Shown: piece after piece, positions 59,970 through 64,000 of the stretch
Layout of the letters: the number at the start of each line of letters is the position of its first letter
Position numbering within the stretch: the stretch's first letter is position 1
Assembly: GCA_041395785.1 (NCBI GenBank)
Contig: JAWKZZ010000005.1
Coordinates: forward strand, 263,653-327,652
Direction of reading: 5' to 3'
DNA length: 64,000 nt
DNA from: Pseudomonadales bacterium
Lineage (GTDB): Bacteria > Pseudomonadota > Gammaproteobacteria > Pseudomonadales > UBA7239
Notes under the pieces: generated by a model
What the model saw: the letters and a program-made list of their open reading frames with translations, nothing else
The model's database searches: none
Told to the model about the DNA's origin: nothing
Made by a program: the position numbers and the translations under genes

Positions 59970-62171
59970 ATGTTGTTCGGTCGCGGCAAAAAAAATCCCA
60001 TCCATTTGCACGACAAAGGTGTGCAGGAGTGGAAATACGCCACTTGCGGTTATTGCTCCGTAGGCTGCTCAATTGAAATTGGCATCGATAAAAATGGCGT
60101 GCCAGTCACCACGCGCGGTGTGGGTGACGCGGATGTCAATCGCGGCAAACTGTGCATCAAAGGTTTAACCGAAGCGCAAATTTTTAAAGCCAGTGGGCGC
60201 GGCACCGATCCTTTAATTCGCAACAAAATTTTTGAGCCGTGGCAGACAGTAGACTGGGACACGGCGCTGGATAAAACCGCTGTCGAGTTTCAGCGCATTC
60301 AAGAGCAATACGGTCGCGATGCGGTGGCGATTGTTTCAACCGGACAAATTCTTACCGAGGAGTTTTACACGCTGGGAAAACTCGCACGCGGCGTGATCGG
60401 CACCAACAATTACGACGGCAATACCACACTGTGTATGGCATCGGCGGTGTCCGGCTACAAACGCTCGTTTGGCTCCGATGGCCCGCCAGGCTGCTACGGT
60501 GATTTTGAACACACCGGTTGTTTGCTGGCGTTTGGTTCCAACTTGCCAGAGCAGCATCCGATTATTTATTGGCGCTTAAAAGAAGCACTGGAAAAACGCA
60601 AATTTCCTGTGATTGTGGTGGACCCGCGCGTGACGATGTTCGCGCAGTTTGCCGATATTCATTTGCCGATCACGCCCGGTACAGACTTGGTGCTGCTGAA
60701 CAGTTTGGCGCATGTCATCATCAACGAAGGGCTGCACGATCAAGTCTATATCGATCGCTGCACCGTGGGTTTTGAAGAATTAAAAACACTGGTGCAAGCC
60801 TACGATCCCACAACGGCTGCAAAAATTTGCGGCATCGACGAAGACACGATTCGCTTAGTGGCGCGCACTTACGCGCAAGCCGGTGCGGCGATGAGTATCT
60901 GGACCATGGGCATCAACCAAAGCACACACGGTTCCGATGGCGTGAGTGCAATCAACAATTTAAATCTCATCACCGGCAATATCGGCAAACCCGGTGGCAC
61001 TTCGCTTTCAATTACTGGCCAGTGCAATGCGATGGGTACACGCGAGTGGTCGTCGTGCTCGGGTCTGCCCGGTTATCGCATGTTAGAAAAACAACAACAC
61101 CGCGAAGAGATTGCACAGTTTTGGAATGTGGATGAAAGTTTTTTTCCAGCAAAACGCGGCTTATCCGAAACCGATATTTTTCCTGCGATTGAGGCGGGGC
61201 AGATCAAGGCACTGTGGATCGTTGCCACCAACCCGATGACATCCATGCCCAACTCGCCGCGCATTCGCAAAACCATGGAGAAATTGGAATTGTGTGTGGT
61301 GCAAGATTCTTATGTCGATGTGGAGTGCACACAGTATGCGCATGTGTATCTTCCGGGCGCGGTGTGGGCAGAAAAAGAAGGCTGTTTTACTAACACCGAG
61401 CGGCGCGTGAATATCACACGCCCGATTGCGCCGCCTTTCGCCAACAGCAAACCCGATGCGTGGATTTTCTCGCAACTGGCCAAGCGCTGGGAGCAGGGGC
61501 GTCGTATGCGTTTCCCTGAAACATCCGAAGGCATTTTTGAGGAAATGAAGGCGCTGTCGAAATTTGGCAAAGGCTTGAATGGTCGTGAACGCATGCTGGA
61601 TATTTCTGGCATGAGTTATGACTTGATCGAACAATCGCGCGGTATTCAGTGGCCGATGCGCGAAGGCGATGAAGCCGGCAGCCCGCGTTTGTACATCGAC
61701 GGCGTGTTCCAATTTCCCGATGGCAAAGCGCGTTTATTGGCGCTGCCGTATATCGAAAACAATGAAATGCCGTGTAGTGAATTTCCGTTTTGGCTTAATT
61801 CCGGGCGCGTGGTGGAGCATTTCCACACGCGCACCAAAACCGGAAAAGTGGGCAACTGCAACAAATTCAGTCCGACGCCGTACATGGAAATCAACCCAGA
61901 TGCGGCGCACGAACTGGATGTGCAGCACATGGAGTATGTGCGCTTGGTGTCGCGCCGTGGCGATGCGGTGGTGATGGTGCAATTAACACAGCGCGTGCCA
62001 CACAATATGGTGTTTATTCCATTCCATTTTCACGATTGCGTGAATCGGTTGACGCTGGGTTTGCTCGATCCACACTCGCGTCAGCCGGCATTCAAACAAT
62101 GTTCTGTGCGCATTGAAAAAACCGATCAGCAAGAAGCGGCACGCTTGAATCTGCAAATGCGTAAGTTCTGA
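59970..62171 (+). CDS. molybdopterin (Mo-bisPGD) oxidoreductase, assimilatory nitrate reductase-like catalytic subunit, no Tat signal
   Basis: N-terminal CxxCxxxC...C 4Fe-4S motif (CGYCSVGCSI...KLCIKG) and molybdopterin oxidoreductase domains. It begins MLFGRGKKNPIH without an RR motif. It lies in a nas/nir context. Confidence 0.75.
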   Translation: MLFGRGKKNPIHLHDKGVQEWKYATCGYCSVGCSIEIGIDKNGVPVTTRGVGDADVNRGKLCIKGLTEAQIFKASGRGTDPLIRNKIFEPWQTVDWDTALDKTAVEFQRIQEQYGRDAVAIVSTGQILTEEFYTLGKLARGVIGTNNYDGNTTLCMASAVSGYKRSFGSDGPPGCYGDFEHTGCLLAFGSNLPEQHPIIYWRLKEALEKRKFPVIVVDPRVTMFAQFADIHLPITPGTDLVLLNSLAHVIINEGLHDQVYIDRCTVGFEELKTLVQAYDPTTAAKICGIDEDTIRLVARTYAQAGAAMSIWTMGINQSTHGSDGVSAINNLNLITGNIGKPGGTSLSITGQCNAMGTREWSSCSGLPGYRMLEKQQHREEIAQFWNVDESFFPAKRGLSETDIFPAIEAGQIKALWIVATNPMTSMPNSPRIRKTMEKLELCVVQDSYVDVECTQYAHVYLPGAVWAEKEGCFTNTERRVNITRPIAPPFANSKPDAWIFSQLAKRWEQGRRMRFPETSEGIFEEMKALSKFGKGLNGRERMLDISGMSYDLIEQSRGIQWPMREGDEAGSPRLYIDGVFQFPDGKARLLALPYIENNEMPCSEFPFWLNSGRVVEHFHTRTKTGKVGNCNKFSPTPYMEINPDAAHELDVQHMEYVRLVSRRGDAVVMVQLTQRVPHNMVFIPFHFHDCVNRLTLGLLDPHSRQPAFKQCSVRIEKTDQQEAARLNLQMRKF

Positions 62172-62179
62172 GGTGAGCC

Positions 62180-64000
62180 ATGAGTGTGTATGAATTTGTG
62201 CCAAGCGCAGACAGCGTAGCAAGCAAGAAGCAAGGTGGTTGTGGTAGCGGTAGTTGTGGCTGCAAGAGCCAAACTGTGCAAGACAATACTGTGGGTTATT
62301 CTGATTTTATCGCCAAAAACCGACAGCTTCGCTGTTTCCCGTGCGCAACAACGAGCCTTCGTATGCGTTACTGCATGATCCTGTGACACAAGACACTAAT
62401 CGCTATGGCAACCCGATTATTCTCGCGTCGGATCGCGGTGTCAGTCTAAATATCAACGGTGTGGATGAGATCAGTGCGAATCCCAATCGCACCAAGCAGC
62501 ACGCGTTTCACTTTACGGCAGACAACTGCATCGGTTGCCACGCTTGCGAAGCGGCGTGTAGTGAGAAAAATGATATGCCGCCGCATTTGAGTTTTCGCTC
62601 GGTCGGTTATGTAGAGGGCGGCACTTATCCCAATTACACGCGCATGAATATTTCCATGGCGTGCAACCACTGTGATGACCCTGTGTGTTTGAAAGGCTGC
62701 CCAACGCGCGCTTACACCAAGCACGCAGAATACGGTGCGGTAATTCAGGATCCAGACATTTGTTTTGGTTGCGGTTATTGCACTTGGGTGTGTCCGTACA
62801 ACGCGCCGCAGTTGGATCCGGTGAAAGGCCGCGTCGAAAAATGCAATATGTGTGTGGATCGTTTGGAAGTGGGATTAAAACCCGCTTGCGTATCGGCGTG
62901 TGTCGGTAACGCACTCAACTTCGGCGTGGTAGAAAATACACCGGACAATCGCGAGCAAATTGAGACGCGCATTCCTGGATTTCCTGATCCATCCATCACT
63001 AAACCGAATATTCGCTTTCAACAAACCAAATCCATGCCGCGTGAAGTGACGCGCACCGATTCTATGCCGCTCAAATACCGCAAGGATGATGCGGCTGGAT
63101 ACTATCGCCCGATGGTGGATCAAAAAGTGGGCGTGGCGCGTCACTGGAGCTTCAGCAAACTGTCGTCGCGTGAAAATCCGTTAGTGATTTTTACTCTGGC
63201 GGCGCAAGCGGCAGCGGGTGCTTTTGCCTTGTTATCGCTGGGCAAATGGTTTGCGGTGCCCGGTTTGCTGGAAGTAGCACAAGCGCCGGTAGCGGATGTG
63301 GTTACCTTGGTGTCGCTCGGTTTGATTGCGCTGGGCTTGTTGATGTCCACCATCCACTTGGGCAAACCGATGCGTTTTTATCGCGGCTTTAACAACCTGC
63401 GCCACTCGCCGGTGTCGCGTGAAGGCTTGGGCATCGTGCTGTTCATGGCGTTTGCCGGCTTCAGTTGGTTGGCGGCGCTACCGGCGAACGCGTGGGTGCA
63501 GATGCTGATCGGCGTGCTGCCTGCAGAGGTGTTGTCGCCATTGGCGCTGGCGCGTGAGGTGTTTGCAGGCTTGGGTATGCTGGCTTCAGCCGTGGCGCTG
63601 TACTACATGTACCGCTGCTATCGCATCAAGGCGCGTCCGTTTTGGGATCACAAACACACCGGCTTCACTTTTGTCGGAACCATTTTCAACTTAGGTAGCG
63701 TGGTGGTGGGTGTATTGGCTGTGCCGTATTTGTTGTGGATGGGGGTGAGTGTGTTGCCGCTGCTGTCGCTGCTCGGCGTGTTGATGGCTGTTGGTATGTT
63801 GGTGGAAGGTGTGGGTTTGTATTGGCATCGTCACGATTTGCACGCGGCTGAACACGAAGGTGCGGCATCGTTCTACATCCAGTGCACAACCTTCGGCAAA
63901 ACTTATATGGCGCGCAACGGCTTACTTGCTGTGAATGCGCTGTTGGCCTTGGCCTTGGCTTTGTTTGCCGGCGAGGGAGTGCTGTCGCTGCTGGGTTGGA
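62180..64000 (+). CDS. DmsB-type 4x[4Fe-4S] ferredoxin fused to a DmsC/YnfH-type membrane anchor; 3' end outside window; frame change between 62305 and 62386 as sequenced (alternative start GTG 62341)
   Basis: This gene is not in the ORF track. The frame of 62305 is open to 64000. Cys clusters: CIGCHACEAAC, CNHCDDPVCLKGCP, CFGCGYCTWVCP, CNMCVD...CVSAC. A polytopic domain follows with HLGKPMRFYRGFNNLRHSPVSREG. ATG 62180 with a GAGGTG RBS is in another frame. Confidence 0.7.

Noticed and set aside
61161-61712. 183-aa minus-strand ORF, plus 59521..60072 (183 aa).
   Set aside because: They are antisense to the molybdoenzyme and kinase genes. No motifs were found.
62300-62345. Programmed ribosomal frameshift joining the 68-codon ORF to the Fe-S frame.
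   Set aside because: There is no canonical slippery heptamer (X XXY YYZ) or obvious downstream stimulatory structure. Because other frame breaks occur in the window, a simple indel or a GTG start is more economical. It is kept only as an open question in the findings.

Overview
The window is a chromosomal segment of a gammaproteobacterium. Gene content and order resemble Pseudomonadales/Cellvibrionales, and most genes are housekeeping. In order: frameshifted thiolase, SDR and outer-membrane genes; a co-directional minus-strand run of GH17+GT2 glucan synthase-like, NRDE, unknown, carbamoyltransferase, SxtJ-like and DUF5989 genes; a DUF349 gene; dinG; lolCDE; purNM; ribH-nusB-thiL-pgpA; a sulfatase; bluB; an MFS gene and ssb; tal; a ubiG-HAD-SDR block; fabAB; degraded galU and phosphomannomutase genes; pgi; ispB; ruvB-ybgC-tolQRAB-pal-cpoB-queEC; tRNA-Lys; and a nitrate/nitrite assimilation locus (hmp-nirDB divergent from transporter, PP2C/kinase and molybdoenzyme genes). 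One complete IS1182-family element (50870..52484) sits exactly in the loop of a terminator hairpin downstream of tRNA-Lys. I found no CRISPR array, rRNA, prophage or recognisable defence module. The points most worth a second look are these. (1) A long gene absent from the ORF track, running from 62180/62341 past the window end, encodes a DmsB-type ferredoxin fused to a DmsC-type membrane anchor behind a signal-less molybdoenzyme in the nas locus. (2) The six-gene glucan-synthase/carbamoyltransferase run has no assigned collective function. (3) Four sharply delimited patches carry frame-breaking indels while neighbouring 600-850 codon genes are intact. This looks more like unpolished assembly than old pseudogenes, but it needs read-level checking. 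(4) Divergent sigma-54 promoters, an NsrR-like operator at hmp, and a LexA-like box at ssb. All functional calls rest on motif and family recognition by eye, because no database search could be run.
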